This document shows positions 47,347-57,336 of a stretch of 64,000 nt of DNA, in pieces (within the stretch, counting starts at the first letter, position 1; every line of letters begins with the position of its first letter). Both the position numbers and the translations under genes were made by a program. The notes under the pieces are model-generated. The model ran no database searches. It was not told where the DNA came from and saw nothing but the letters and a program-made list of their open reading frames with translations. The stretch comes from Candidatus Omnitrophota bacterium (GTDB lineage Bacteria; Omnitrophota; Gorgyraeia; Zapsychrales; Zapsychraceae): contig JAKLDK010000001.1 of the NCBI GenBank assembly GCA_022703565.1, forward strand, positions 8,017 through 72,016. The letters run 5' to 3'.

Positions 47347-48739
47347 ATATAAAAATTTTGACGATACTATTGCGGCAATTTCTACTCCGTCGGGAATAGG
47401 CGGGATTGGAATTGTCCGTTTGAGCGGAAAAGAAGCGGTAGCTATTACGGATAAAGTTTATTTTTCTGCGAAAGGAAAATTATCAAAATTTCCAACGCAT
47501 ACTGTGCATTGGGGCAATATTGTTGATAAAGGCAAAGGGGGCGAAAATATAATTGATGAAGTTCTGGTTACAATTATGCGCGCACCTCGCAGCTATACCA
47601 AGGAGAATGTCGTCGAGATAAGTTGCCATGGTGGCACAGCGGTATTAAGAAGCATACTTAATTTGATAGTAAGAAATGGCGCTAGGTTGGCCGAGCCGGG
47701 CGAATTTACGAAAAGGGCCTTTCTTAACGGGCGGATTGATTTAACTCAAGCTGAGGCTGTTTTAGATATTATACAAGCGAAGAGCGACGCTTTCTTGCGG
47801 TTAAGCAATAATCAGCTTAAAGGAGAATTGGCTCAGGAAATAGATGCTTTAAGAGAAAAGCTTTTGAGCGCTTATACGGATATTGAAGCCTTTGTAAACT
47901 TTCCCGAGGAAGAAATTGATAAGAAGCAGAAAACACAAATAGCAAAAGAAATCAAAGATGTTAAAAGCAGAATCGAAGAGCTTTTGGCTACTTCCCGGCA
48001 AGGGCAGCTTTTAAAAGAGGGGGTTCGCATTGTTATTTGTGGCAAGCCGAATGTCGGAAAGTCTTCGCTTTTAAATGTTTTGTTAAGGCATCAACGGGCA
48101 ATCGTCTCTGACATTCCCGGCACCACGCGGGATATTATTGAGGAAACAGCACAAATCAAAGGGATCCCTTTTCAGATTATTGATACCGCCGGAATTTTAA
48201 ATCCGAGGAATGCTGTCGAGCGCGAAGCAATTAAAAGAAGCCATTTGAATATTGAATCTGCTGATTTGTTGTTGGCCATGTTTGATATTAATGGCAAGCT
48301 AACAAAAGAAGATGAAAATATTATCAAAAAAGTGCGGGGAAAGAATTTCTTAATTGTTTTAAATAAATGTGATTTACCGGTAAAGTTTAACCTTTCTAAA
48401 ATTGAAGAAATATTTGGTAAAGATAAAATTGTTAAAATATCTGCCCTTAAAAAGTCCAATATCTCTCAACTGCAAAACAAGATTGTTTCTTTGGTTTTGC
48501 AGGGAGAAGAAATTGACAGCCATAAAGTATATGTTAGCAACTTAAGGCATGTTGAATCGCTGCAAAAAAGCGACAATGCAGTAAATCAGGCTTTAGTTGC
48601 CCTCGAGGGAGAAATGCCTCTGGAGTTTGTTTCGGAGGAAATTAAGGCGGCGGTAAACTACTTGGACAATATTACCGGGCGTAACATTGATATTGATTTA
48701 TTAGATAATATATTTTCCCGTTTTTGTATCGGAAAATAA
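47339..48739 (+). CDS. mnmE: tRNA modification GTPase MnmE
   Basis: N-terminal formyl-THF-binding domain (AAISTPSGIGGIGIVRLSG), G domain GKPNVGKSSLLN, and a C-terminal CIGK motif. Confidence 0.9.
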   Translation: MYKYKNFDDTIAAISTPSGIGGIGIVRLSGKEAVAITDKVYFSAKGKLSKFPTHTVHWGNIVDKGKGGENIIDEVLVTIMRAPRSYTKENVVEISCHGGTAVLRSILNLIVRNGARLAEPGEFTKRAFLNGRIDLTQAEAVLDIIQAKSDAFLRLSNNQLKGELAQEIDALREKLLSAYTDIEAFVNFPEEEIDKKQKTQIAKEIKDVKSRIEELLATSRQGQLLKEGVRIVICGKPNVGKSSLLNVLLRHQRAIVSDIPGTTRDIIEETAQIKGIPFQIIDTAGILNPRNAVEREAIKRSHLNIESADLLLAMFDINGKLTKEDENIIKKVRGKNFLIVLNKCDLPVKFNLSKIEEIFGKDKIVKISALKKSNISQLQNKIVSLVLQGEEIDSHKVYVSNLRHVESLQKSDNAVNQALVALEGEMPLEFVSEEIKAAVNYLDNITGRNIDIDLLDNIFSRFCIGK

Positions 48740-48743
48740 GAAA

Positions 48744-49529
48744 TTATTTTGTTTCTTCGGTTTCTTGCGGCTCTTCGGGGCTGTCTTCTGGCTCGTTTTC
48801 TATTTTTGGTAAATTCATCTCACCGCTAATAATCGCCTTTTCCAGAGAAAGAAGTTTCTTGGCCAAATCTTTATTTCCCATCACTGCTTTAAATTTCTCG
48901 TTTTTCATCAGGGCCGGGAAGTCTTTATTGACTATTTGCTGGCGAGTCATTTCGTCTTGCATTAAACTTTGCAATGATTCGTCATTTATTAAGTCTTTAA
49001 TTTCTTCATTCTTTTCTAAGTTGGCGCGCATTTGCGGATTCTCTAAAGCAACGAGAAGAGTGTCTAGGTCTTTTGTCGCAGAAGTTATTTTGTCTCCAGT
49101 CATAGCGTCGATAAAAGCATAGCTTCTTGATTGTGTTATATTGGACTTAATTATATTCAGCCAATTATTGTTTAAAGGTATCAAGGTGATTAATACTAAT
49201 GTTAGCCCCAGCATTGCACCTGACCATAAAACGCTGAATATGGCACCGCCCAAACGGCTTAACCAGGAAATAAAACTTTCTTTAGCTAAATATTTCTTAT
49301 ACATTCCGTAAGAAATCAGAAAGAGAATATTTAAAATAATGGGCGCGAAAATACTAATAACTAAGGCTATAAAAATATTGTTGGTTTTAGAGTAATAAAA
49401 GAAGCTGGCAATTACGCCGATTGTAAGAGAAACAGGCCCTATCAGGCTATAAATAAAACCCTTGAATGCGCCGATTGCAAAAAATATCGATAAACAAATT
49501 ACTACAACTGTATCAGTAATTGAACCCAA
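48744..49529 (-). CDS. cvpA: CvpA-family membrane protein with an acidic C-terminal tail
   Basis: The N-terminal ~170 aa have four TM helices with the CvpA pattern (FAIGAFKGFI). The C-terminal half is coiled-coil and ends in an EPEDSPEEPQETEE tail. Confidence 0.6.
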   Translation of the reverse strand: MGSITDTVVVICLSIFFAIGAFKGFIYSLIGPVSLTIGVIASFFYYSKTNNIFIALVISIFAPIILNILFLISYGMYKKYLAKESFISWLSRLGGAIFSVLWSGAMLGLTLVLITLIPLNNNWLNIIKSNITQSRSYAFIDAMTGDKITSATKDLDTLLVALENPQMRANLEKNEEIKDLINDESLQSLMQDEMTRQQIVNKDFPALMKNEKFKAVMGNKDLAKKLLSLEKAIISGEMNLPKIENEPEDSPEEPQETEETK

Positions 49530-49985
49530 AGCAACCCTCCTTTAAGTATTATTTCTATTATATTTTTTAGTATAACATTGGTTTTTTAGGTAAGCAATAC
49601 CCTTTATTTAATTGAAATTGCAGGTGTATTTTTATAAAGAATTGCGAACAAAGGAGATACGTTATTGGTTGTTGTTATTAATTTATTTATTAATATTTTT
49701 GCCCGAGGCATTGCTTTTATTACTTTTATGTTTGTAATGCAAGAAAGCGGTTCCTTTGAAAAGAAACACAATGCCACGGTGTTATTTGTCAGGAGCTTTC
49801 AAAAATTATCCTGAGGATAGATTTCCTTATATATCTCCCATGGGAAAGATTAAAAGTCTTTTTCAGCGAATAATAAAAATTAAAGAAGAAAGAATTTTAT
49901 TTGATATTTAAACATTTAGTAATACAATAAACCTAGCAATATCAGAAATTATTATATTTTTAGACAAAACGGAATTTTAAGAAAA

Positions 49986-50318
49986 ATGCCAACCCTAACA
50001 GTATCAGATAAAAGAAGAGAAGAACGAGTCGGTTGCTTTGTCCCGGTAGTCGGAAAAGAAGGCAGTGTTTTTGATCAGACTCAGACAGTAGATTTTAGCC
50101 GCGGCGGATTAGGTTTTATCTCCAAGAAAGAAATTCCTTTAAATAAAGAAATAGCGATTGAAATTAATTTAGGCGCAGAAGAAGATCCTGTTTTCGTAAT
50201 TGGCCAGGTTTGTTGGATTCGTCCGGTATTGAATTCTGATAGATTTAGGATAGGAATTAATTTTAAGGATGTTTTGCGCGGTTCTAAGGCTCGGCTTAAA
50301 GAGTATTTTGACAGATAA
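49986..50318 (+). CDS. Single-domain PilZ protein
   Basis: RREERV (RxxxR) and DFSRGGLGF (DxSxGG) c-di-GMP-binding motifs; 110 aa. Confidence 0.75.
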   Translation: MPTLTVSDKRREERVGCFVPVVGKEGSVFDQTQTVDFSRGGLGFISKKEIPLNKEIAIEINLGAEEDPVFVIGQVCWIRPVLNSDRFRIGINFKDVLRGSKARLKEYFDR

Positions 50319-50336
50319 AATTAAGGGAGAATTTTA

Positions 50337-50684
50337 ATGGCGGTAGATGCTAATAAGGTTGAAGATAAGCGTTTTTTTGAGAGATTTCCTGCTAGTTATC
50401 CTGCCCGGGTAAAAGGTACTTTAGACCAATTTGGAGATAATGTTTATTTAAGGGATGCCTCAGCCCAAGGCGCACATATTAGCGCCCGAGGGCCTTTTTA
50501 TTTTAACGACAATGTTACTGTTGAAGTTGATTTGATGGATGGCAAAGATCCGATGACAATAAGAGGCAAAGTTGTTTGGGCTAAACCAAGCAGCAATGAG
50601 TATTGGGATATCGGTTTAAAATTCCACGAAATAAGCTTAATGAATATGTCTAGGGTTTACGGGCAATTCATGAGTTCCACATAG
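50337..50684 (+). CDS. Single-domain PilZ protein
   Basis: KRFFERF (RxxxR) and DASAQGAHI motifs; 115 aa; paralogue of the preceding gene. Confidence 0.75.
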   Translation: MAVDANKVEDKRFFERFPASYPARVKGTLDQFGDNVYLRDASAQGAHISARGPFYFNDNVTVEVDLMDGKDPMTIRGKVVWAKPSSNEYWDIGLKFHEISLMNMSRVYGQFMSST

Positions 50685-50700
50685 TTTTTTGAATATAAAA

Positions 50701-50743
50701 AATAGGGACAGACACCATTTATTAAATAGTGTCTGTCCCTATT
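50701..50743 (+). terminator. Intrinsic terminator with a 15-bp perfect stem
   Basis: AATAGGGACAGACAC, 13-nt loop, GTGTCTGTCCCTATT, then a T-rich tail. The same sequence is the compact form of the element at 399-569. Confidence 0.8.
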
Positions 50744-50822
50744 TATTTAATAAAGTTTTTTGTCTTGAGGTAATAATTTTTCTAAGCTAGAATAGCTCGT
50801 TAAATAATAAATCAAACAGCCT

Positions 50823-53537
50823 ATGCCAGTAAAAAATAATCTTTATTCATATCGTTCAGACGGAATTAGTTTTGTATCCAAAAAAGGTACGCAATTAAGG
50901 ACGCTATATTTCCCTTTGTGCGGGACTAGCGCGAAAAGCCTTAAGTCTTCGATAACGCCTCTTCTTTCCGGTGATATTAAAACTGACAAGAATCATTTCT
51001 TGACCAAGCCTTTATCGACGGAAGACTTGCGAAATACTGTGCGGAATTTTTATGTTAATGTCGCGGACAAAGGCGCGGTGTCATTGTCTCAAATTGGAGA
51101 GATTGAAAATGCTACGATTGAAGCCGGCCAGCTCTGGCATAAGTTGATTAGAAAATTCCCGAAGGAAGGAATAAGGATAGAGGCCGTTAATTTTGTGCCG
51201 GTAACGGATGATAACGTTGAATTAATGCGAGTTAAAATTACCAATATCTCGTCAGATAAAATAAAAATTAACCCTACGGCCAGTATTCCGATTTTTGCCC
51301 GGACATTAGCCAATAAACATGACCACGAAAATGTCACGTCTCTTTTAAACCGAATCGAACAGCTTTCAATTGGCGTTGTTGTCGAGCCGACGATGATTTT
51401 TAACGAAGAAGGCCACCGGGCGGCGGATAGTATTTATTATGTCTTTGGTGCTACTGAATCTGGTGAACTGCCCAAGGGAACTTTTCCGACGGTTAATTCG
51501 TTTTATGGCGATAGCGGAACAGCGGATAGCCCGGAAGCTATTGTAAAAAATAGTATTCCTATGAGCTTATCTAGCGAGGAATTACATGGCCGTGAAGCTA
51601 TGGGAGCTGTTTGTTTTAACCCGGTACAATTATTAGCCAATGAATCGAGAGAATATTTTATTATCATCGGTATTGCCAGGAATAAAGAAGAAGCAATCCA
51701 AGTGTTTGAGAAATATAATTCGCTTGAGAAGCATGACCGAGAGCTTGAGGTATGCAAGGATTTCTGGTTGAATAAATCAAAAGCGATTTCCTTTGAAACT
51801 GGTAATAAAGAATTCAATAGCTGGATGCGCTGGGTTTGCTTGCAGCCGATACTAAGGAGAATATTCGGCTGTTCTTTTTTGCCCGACCATGATTATGGCA
51901 AAGGCGGACGCGGTTGGCGCGATATTTGGCAGGATTTGCTTTCGTTGATTCTAATTGAACCGGAAAATATCCGCACAACATTAATAAATAATTTTGCTGG
52001 TATTAGAATCGACGGGACAAACGCCACAATTATTGGCGCAGAGCCGGGGGAATTTATCGCCGACAGGAATAATATTGTCCGGGTCTGGATGGACCATGGA
52101 GTTTGGCCCTTCTTAACAACTCTTTTATATATTGATCAGACCGGTGATTTTGATATCTTGCTTGAAGAACAGACATATTTTCGCGATAGGCAGCTTTCGC
52201 GTACTCTTAAAAAAGATGAGAGTTGGAATCCGCGTTATATCAACCGCTTAACTGATGAAAATAAACAGATTTATAAGGCAACTATCCTCGAGCATTTGAT
52301 TTTGCAAAATATTGTGCAGTTCTTTAATGTCGGCGAGCATAATATTACCCGTTTGGAAGGTGCGGATTGGAATGACGGATTGGATATGGCATATGAACGG
52401 GGCGAGAGCATTGCTTTTATGAGTTTTTATGGCGGAAATCTTTTAAGAATTGCGGATTTGCTTGAGAATTTGGCGAAAGCTAAGAAAATTGATTCCATAT
52501 CTTTGACGGAAGAAATGGCTGTTTTGTTTGATTCTTTAAATGAGGGAATTGATTACGATAATATTGAGGAAAAGAAGAAATTGTTATTTGAGAAGTATTT
52601 TAATTCGGTCGAGCCTTATGTGAGCGGGCGAAAAAAGGAAATAAAGATTAGCGCTTTGGTAAGCGATTTAAGGAAAAAGGGAACTTGGGTTTTTGAGCAT
52701 ATTCGAAAGAATGAAAAAATAAAGCTTAAAATAGACGGCCGTGAATACGTCTGGTTTAATGGTTATTATGATAACAAAGGTTCTCGGGTTGAGGGTAAGG
52801 TCTATGAAAGCATTCGCATGACTTTGACCGGCCAGGTTTTTCCGATAATGAGCATGCTCGCGAATGAAGAAGAAATAAAACAAGTCGTAGATAGTGTTGA
52901 TAAATTGCTTAAAGATAAGAATTTATCCGGGATTAGATTAAACACTGATTTCAAATTAACGCATTATTTAAATTTAGGCCGAGCTTTTGGTTTTGCTTAT
53001 GGGACAAAAGAAAATGGTTCATTTTTTAGCCATATGAATGTGATGTATGCTTATGGCTTATATTCTCGGGGATTTGCTCATGAAGGTTATAAAATATTGA
53101 AATCAATTTACGAAATGTGCATGGATACGGATAGAAGTAAAATTTATCCCGGAATTCCGGAATACTTTGATTCTCTGGGACGTGGGATGTACCATTATTT
53201 AACCGGTTCGGCCAGTTGGTTTGTTTTAACAAAATTAACACAGAGCTTTGGTATGCGCGGAGAAAAGGGCGATTTGATTATTAACCCTAAACTGGTCAAA
53301 GAAGAATTCGGCGATAAAGGAATTGCATCCATTACAACAAAGTTTGCCGGAAAGAAAATAACGGTTGAATTTGTTAATAAAGAGAAATTGGATTATGGCG
53401 ATTATAACATTGCTGAGGTCAAACTAAACGGTAGCAAAATAGATTTTGAGCGGATAGATCCTAATTGTATCAGAATTTCCCGCAGCATAATCCTCAAAGA
53501 AGAAACAAGCTGTAAATTTACTGTAATTTTGTCTTAG
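50823..53537 (+). CDS. Cytoplasmic (alpha/alpha)6-barrel glycoside phosphorylase/hydrolase, GH94-like
   Basis: 904 aa with no signal peptide. GADWNDGLD at about residue 515 matches the position and sequence of the GH94 catalytic-acid motif. The size matches laminaribiose/cellodextrin phosphorylases. Family assigned by pattern only. Confidence 0.5.
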   Translation: MPVKNNLYSYRSDGISFVSKKGTQLRTLYFPLCGTSAKSLKSSITPLLSGDIKTDKNHFLTKPLSTEDLRNTVRNFYVNVADKGAVSLSQIGEIENATIEAGQLWHKLIRKFPKEGIRIEAVNFVPVTDDNVELMRVKITNISSDKIKINPTASIPIFARTLANKHDHENVTSLLNRIEQLSIGVVVEPTMIFNEEGHRAADSIYYVFGATESGELPKGTFPTVNSFYGDSGTADSPEAIVKNSIPMSLSSEELHGREAMGAVCFNPVQLLANESREYFIIIGIARNKEEAIQVFEKYNSLEKHDRELEVCKDFWLNKSKAISFETGNKEFNSWMRWVCLQPILRRIFGCSFLPDHDYGKGGRGWRDIWQDLLSLILIEPENIRTTLINNFAGIRIDGTNATIIGAEPGEFIADRNNIVRVWMDHGVWPFLTTLLYIDQTGDFDILLEEQTYFRDRQLSRTLKKDESWNPRYINRLTDENKQIYKATILEHLILQNIVQFFNVGEHNITRLEGADWNDGLDMAYERGESIAFMSFYGGNLLRIADLLENLAKAKKIDSISLTEEMAVLFDSLNEGIDYDNIEEKKKLLFEKYFNSVEPYVSGRKKEIKISALVSDLRKKGTWVFEHIRKNEKIKLKIDGREYVWFNGYYDNKGSRVEGKVYESIRMTLTGQVFPIMSMLANEEEIKQVVDSVDKLLKDKNLSGIRLNTDFKLTHYLNLGRAFGFAYGTKENGSFFSHMNVMYAYGLYSRGFAHEGYKILKSIYEMCMDTDRSKIYPGIPEYFDSLGRGMYHYLTGSASWFVLTKLTQSFGMRGEKGDLIINPKLVKEEFGDKGIASITTKFAGKKITVEFVNKEKLDYGDYNIAEVKLNGSKIDFERIDPNCIRISRSIILKEETSCKFTVILS

Positions 53538-53688
53538 AAATAATTTATAAAACAAAAAATAGGTGCTAAAGCGAGTGCTTTAATCTCTTTGGCAAATAAA
53601 TATATTATATGTTATACTTCAATTCCAACAGAAGAAAACGCTTTCTTTGGATTAAAAAATAAAAAACAATATTTTAGGAGGAAAAGAG

Positions 53689-56600
53689 ATGTTTAAGAAA
53701 GTAATTTTATTGGTTTTAGGGTTAGTTTTACTTTTATCGGCCAATGTTTTTGCCCAAAACATGTTTTCAAATGCTGATTTCTCTAACGGCGTAAATGGTT
53801 GGTCAACAGTTGGATATCCGTTTTATGCTATTGTCAGAGCGCCAAATTATGCTGCGGAAAACACAATAACAACAGTTTCTGACCGCGATTATTTCGCAGA
53901 AATTTATCAGGTAATTACTCCTTTTACCGCCGGCGATCCGGTTTATATGACCGCTGAAATAAAAACACAGCTAGATCCAGGTTCAAGTGCTAGCGGTGGA
54001 ATTATCGTTGAATTTCTAAATGCTTCAAATAATGTTTTAAATACAATTACAACATCTGTTGTTGGCAATACGAATTGGAATACAGTTTATGTTACCGGAA
54101 CAGCTCCGGCGGGAACTGTTAAAATCAGAGCTGGTGCTTTTGTTTTTGCGGCGGAAGATGATAGTGCTGCTTTAAACGGAAAAGTTAGTGTTGATAATTT
54201 ATTTATTGATAATATTCAAGCTCCGGGCGGCGGGCTTATTACAAACCCAGGTTTTGAATCACAAATAAGCGGATGGACAACAGGCGTTGGCTCGTATCCC
54301 TTTATTGCTTCAACCGCACAAACTCATTCCGGAGTTTATTCTGCATATGATGCTGTTAATAGTGTGAGTGGAGATTATTGGGGATTTATTTATCAAACTC
54401 CGACGGTTCCAGTGGGCGGTACGATTTATGCTTCAGCGTGGGGAAAAACCGAGATTAGCCCTCTTTCATCAGCAGTTGGCGGATTAATAGTTCAATTTTT
54501 AAATTCAAGCGGAGTTCTAATTTCAAAATTAGAATCAAAAATTGGCGGAAATACTGATTGGCATCAGCTTTATGTTTCAGGAACAGTGCCTGTTGGTACC
54601 GTAACAATTAAAGTTGGTGGATATCTTTGGGCCGCAAATGGTGATAGCGCCGCTCTTGGCGGTAAAGTATATATTGATGATTTCGCGGTCTCAACAACTC
54701 CAATTCCTCCGCCGCAGCAACCGCAGGAATTAATTAATTCTGATTTTGAAAATGGAGTTAATGATTGGGCTTGGATTTACCGTCCTTTTGTGGCAAGCAC
54801 AACTGCGCATACTGGAATTTATTCAGCAAAACATAATATTGGCAACACGACGGGCCCGAATGATTATTTAGCCGAAATTTATCAGGAAATTCCTTTTACT
54901 GCCGGAAATGTTGCTTATTTGACCGGCTGGGTTAAGACAAATATAAATCCTGCAAGGACTGCGGTAGGTGGTATTAAGGTTCAATTTGTTGATGCTGCTG
55001 GTACGTTAATTGGTGCGGCTTCTCAGGCTGATCGTGACGGAATCAATGATTGGACGCTTCTTTACGTAAATGCTGTAGCTCCGACTGGAACAGCTAAGGT
55101 TAGAATTAGTGCCTTTGCTTGGGCGGATAACAATCAAGGCACAGTTAACGGGGATGTTTTTATAGACGGCCTGGCATTCTCCAATACTCCGCCGAGTTCA
55201 CTGCTTCTAAATTCAAGCTTTGAAAGCGATATGGCAGGATGGACACAAGATGCAACCGGATATCCGATGACAGCTGTAACCGAAGAACATCGTACTGGCG
55301 CAAAATCAGCAAAGACAACGATTCAGCTTCCCGGGGGAAGTTCTGATTTCTGGTCGAGAATCTATCAGGAATTTACAATTGTTCCGGGACAAGCTTTATA
55401 CGCAACAGCTTGGGCGAAGACCGCGATTAATCCGTCTTCGACGGGAACTGCTGGCTTGAAAATAGAATTCTTTAACGGTACTACTCCGACGGGATCGGTT
55501 ACTTCAAATACTGTTGGTGGGCAAGCCGGATGGACATATCTTTATGCTTTTGCAACCGCACCAGCTGGAACAACAAAGGCTCGCATCAGCCCTTTTGTTA
55601 GTTGCCCTCGCGCAACAGCAAATTTAGGCGGAAATGTTTATTTTGATGATGTTTATGGTTCATTCGACCAGCTTCCTCCCCCGGCATTTAGGACAGCTTT
55701 GATCAACGCTAGTTTTGATGACGGAAGTGGGCTAGGAGGATGGACGGACCTTTATGGTTTACCGACGACGCTAGATTCTATAAATTCTTATTCAATTCCA
55801 TATTCGGCAAAAAAGACATTCGCGCAAATTCCGGATCAGGATTATTACACTACTGTCTATCAAGATATTTACTATAATGCAAATGGTACGCCATTTCCGA
55901 CGGCAAGAAATGTGTATTTAGCTGCTTATATTAAGACGGCAATTAATCCTTTGGCAAATGCTTCGGGTGGAATTGCGCTTGAATATTTTGATGAAAGCGG
56001 CGAAGCTTACACAATAGATACTGATCAGGTTAGTGCAAACAATGATTGGCGGCAGCTTTATGTTTCCGGAACGATTCCAGCGGGGGCAACCAAAGTGAGA
56101 GTTTTGGGATTTGCGTTTGCTCCGTTAGGTGAAACTTTAGCTGATAACGGAATTGTTAATTTTGATAATTTTAACTTTTCCTATAACTACATTCCGGAAC
56201 AAGTTCAAACATCGTTGTTGAATGTTGGATTTGAAAACGGATTGAATGATTGGGATCAGTTAAATCGTTTAGCCGGAATTACACAAGCTCCGGTTCATGG
56301 AGGGAACTATTCTTCATATTTTGACATTCAGGTTGATTTAGTAGATCCTCAAGATTATTATGGAACATTGTCACAAGATATTGCTGTTTTACCTGGGAAG
56401 ATAGTAGAAGCCAGCGCTTGGGTTAGTACGGATATTTACCCGCTTACAAATGCTCAAGCCGGTATAAAATTACAATTTATTGACGGCAATGGACAGGCAA
56501 TTGGTCCGGAATATACAAACGGAATTGGCGGCAATACCGGGTGGACTCAACTAAGTTTGGTCCGAACTGCTCCGGCACAAACAGCTAAAGTTCGGTATAT

Positions 56601-57135
56601 TTTATTCTTGTATGCGGAAGGCCTTTCGGCAATTAACGGAGATAGGGCTTACTATGATGACGCTTCTTTGCTTATCCGTAATGCTCCTGGCCCAGGATGC
56701 TTTTTAGCTGAAACTCCGATTACCTTATCAGATGGCTCAACTAAGCCTATTGAAGAAATAAAAATAGGCGATATGGTTATGGCTTACAATGAAGAGACAA
56801 AGACATTAGAAACTAATGAAGTAACAACAATTTTCAATCATGACAAGGAAGATGTTTATTTGCTGGTCAACGGTACTCTTAAGGTTACTCCGGTTCACCG
56901 TGTTTTAACTAAAGGCGAGTGGAAGGAAATCGGTACATTGGCTGTAGGCGATACCTTAACCGATATGAAAGGCAATGATGTTCTTATTGCTTCAATAGAA
57001 AAAGTTAACGAAAAGGTCGATATCTATAATTTTGAAGTATCGCCTCTTCATACCTACATAGCTGGCGGATTTATAGTTCACAATAGAAAACTAAACTATA
57101 CAATAGCTTTTGGCGATGGGAATGGAACTCGTTAA
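53689..57135 (+). CDS. Secreted protein with six tandem CBM4/9-like carbohydrate-binding modules and a C-terminal Hint (bacterial intein-like) domain
   Basis: Signal peptide. Six ~165-aa repeats each open with N-x-x-F-E/S-x-G-x-x-G/D-W and close with a V-x-h-D-D/N-h motif. The final 145 aa are CFLAETPITLSDG...VTPVHRVL...GGFIVHN followed by a 16-aa tail: Cys1, a TxxH-like block, and terminal His-Asn with no +1 nucleophile. Confidence 0.75.
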   Translation: MFKKVILLVLGLVLLLSANVFAQNMFSNADFSNGVNGWSTVGYPFYAIVRAPNYAAENTITTVSDRDYFAEIYQVITPFTAGDPVYMTAEIKTQLDPGSSASGGIIVEFLNASNNVLNTITTSVVGNTNWNTVYVTGTAPAGTVKIRAGAFVFAAEDDSAALNGKVSVDNLFIDNIQAPGGGLITNPGFESQISGWTTGVGSYPFIASTAQTHSGVYSAYDAVNSVSGDYWGFIYQTPTVPVGGTIYASAWGKTEISPLSSAVGGLIVQFLNSSGVLISKLESKIGGNTDWHQLYVSGTVPVGTVTIKVGGYLWAANGDSAALGGKVYIDDFAVSTTPIPPPQQPQELINSDFENGVNDWAWIYRPFVASTTAHTGIYSAKHNIGNTTGPNDYLAEIYQEIPFTAGNVAYLTGWVKTNINPARTAVGGIKVQFVDAAGTLIGAASQADRDGINDWTLLYVNAVAPTGTAKVRISAFAWADNNQGTVNGDVFIDGLAFSNTPPSSLLLNSSFESDMAGWTQDATGYPMTAVTEEHRTGAKSAKTTIQLPGGSSDFWSRIYQEFTIVPGQALYATAWAKTAINPSSTGTAGLKIEFFNGTTPTGSVTSNTVGGQAGWTYLYAFATAPAGTTKARISPFVSCPRATANLGGNVYFDDVYGSFDQLPPPAFRTALINASFDDGSGLGGWTDLYGLPTTLDSINSYSIPYSAKKTFAQIPDQDYYTTVYQDIYYNANGTPFPTARNVYLAAYIKTAINPLANASGGIALEYFDESGEAYTIDTDQVSANNDWRQLYVSGTIPAGATKVRVLGFAFAPLGETLADNGIVNFDNFNFSYNYIPEQVQTSLLNVGFENGLNDWDQLNRLAGITQAPVHGGNYSSYFDIQVDLVDPQDYYGTLSQDIAVLPGKIVEASAWVSTDIYPLTNAQAGIKLQFIDGNGQAIGPEYTNGIGGNTGWTQLSLVRTAPAQTAKVRYILFLYAEGLSAINGDRAYYDDASLLIRNAPGPGCFLAETPITLSDGSTKPIEEIKIGDMVMAYNEETKTLETNEVTTIFNHDKEDVYLLVNGTLKVTPVHRVLTKGEWKEIGTLAVGDTLTDMKGNDVLIASIEKVNEKVDIYNFEVSPLHTYIAGGFIVHNRKLNYTIAFGDGNGTR

Positions 57136-57159
57136 GAGTATTTTGTAGCGATTGGCAAA

Positions 57160-57188
57160 GGAGGCTTGAAAAAGCCTCCTTTTTTTTG
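57160..57188 (+). terminator. Intrinsic terminator
   Basis: GGAGGCTT-gaaa-AAGCCTCC followed by TTTTTTTTT. Confidence 0.85.
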
Positions 57189-57231
57189 GCTAAATAAGGC
57201 TTTAATAGGCGCCTATAAGTATAATTATTAG

Positions 57232-57260
57232 TTGACTTAAGATATATAAGACCTTATAAT
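57232..57260 (+). promoter_or_regulatory. Consensus sigma70 promoter of the ABC transporter operon
   Basis: TTGACT, 17-bp spacer, TATAAT (57255-57260). Confidence 0.65.
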
Positions 57261-57336
57261 TGCGCGTAAATATTTTTTGGCGCATTGTTGTCCATTTTTT
57301 TTATTAGGAATATATCTTTTTGAAATAAAGGATGTT

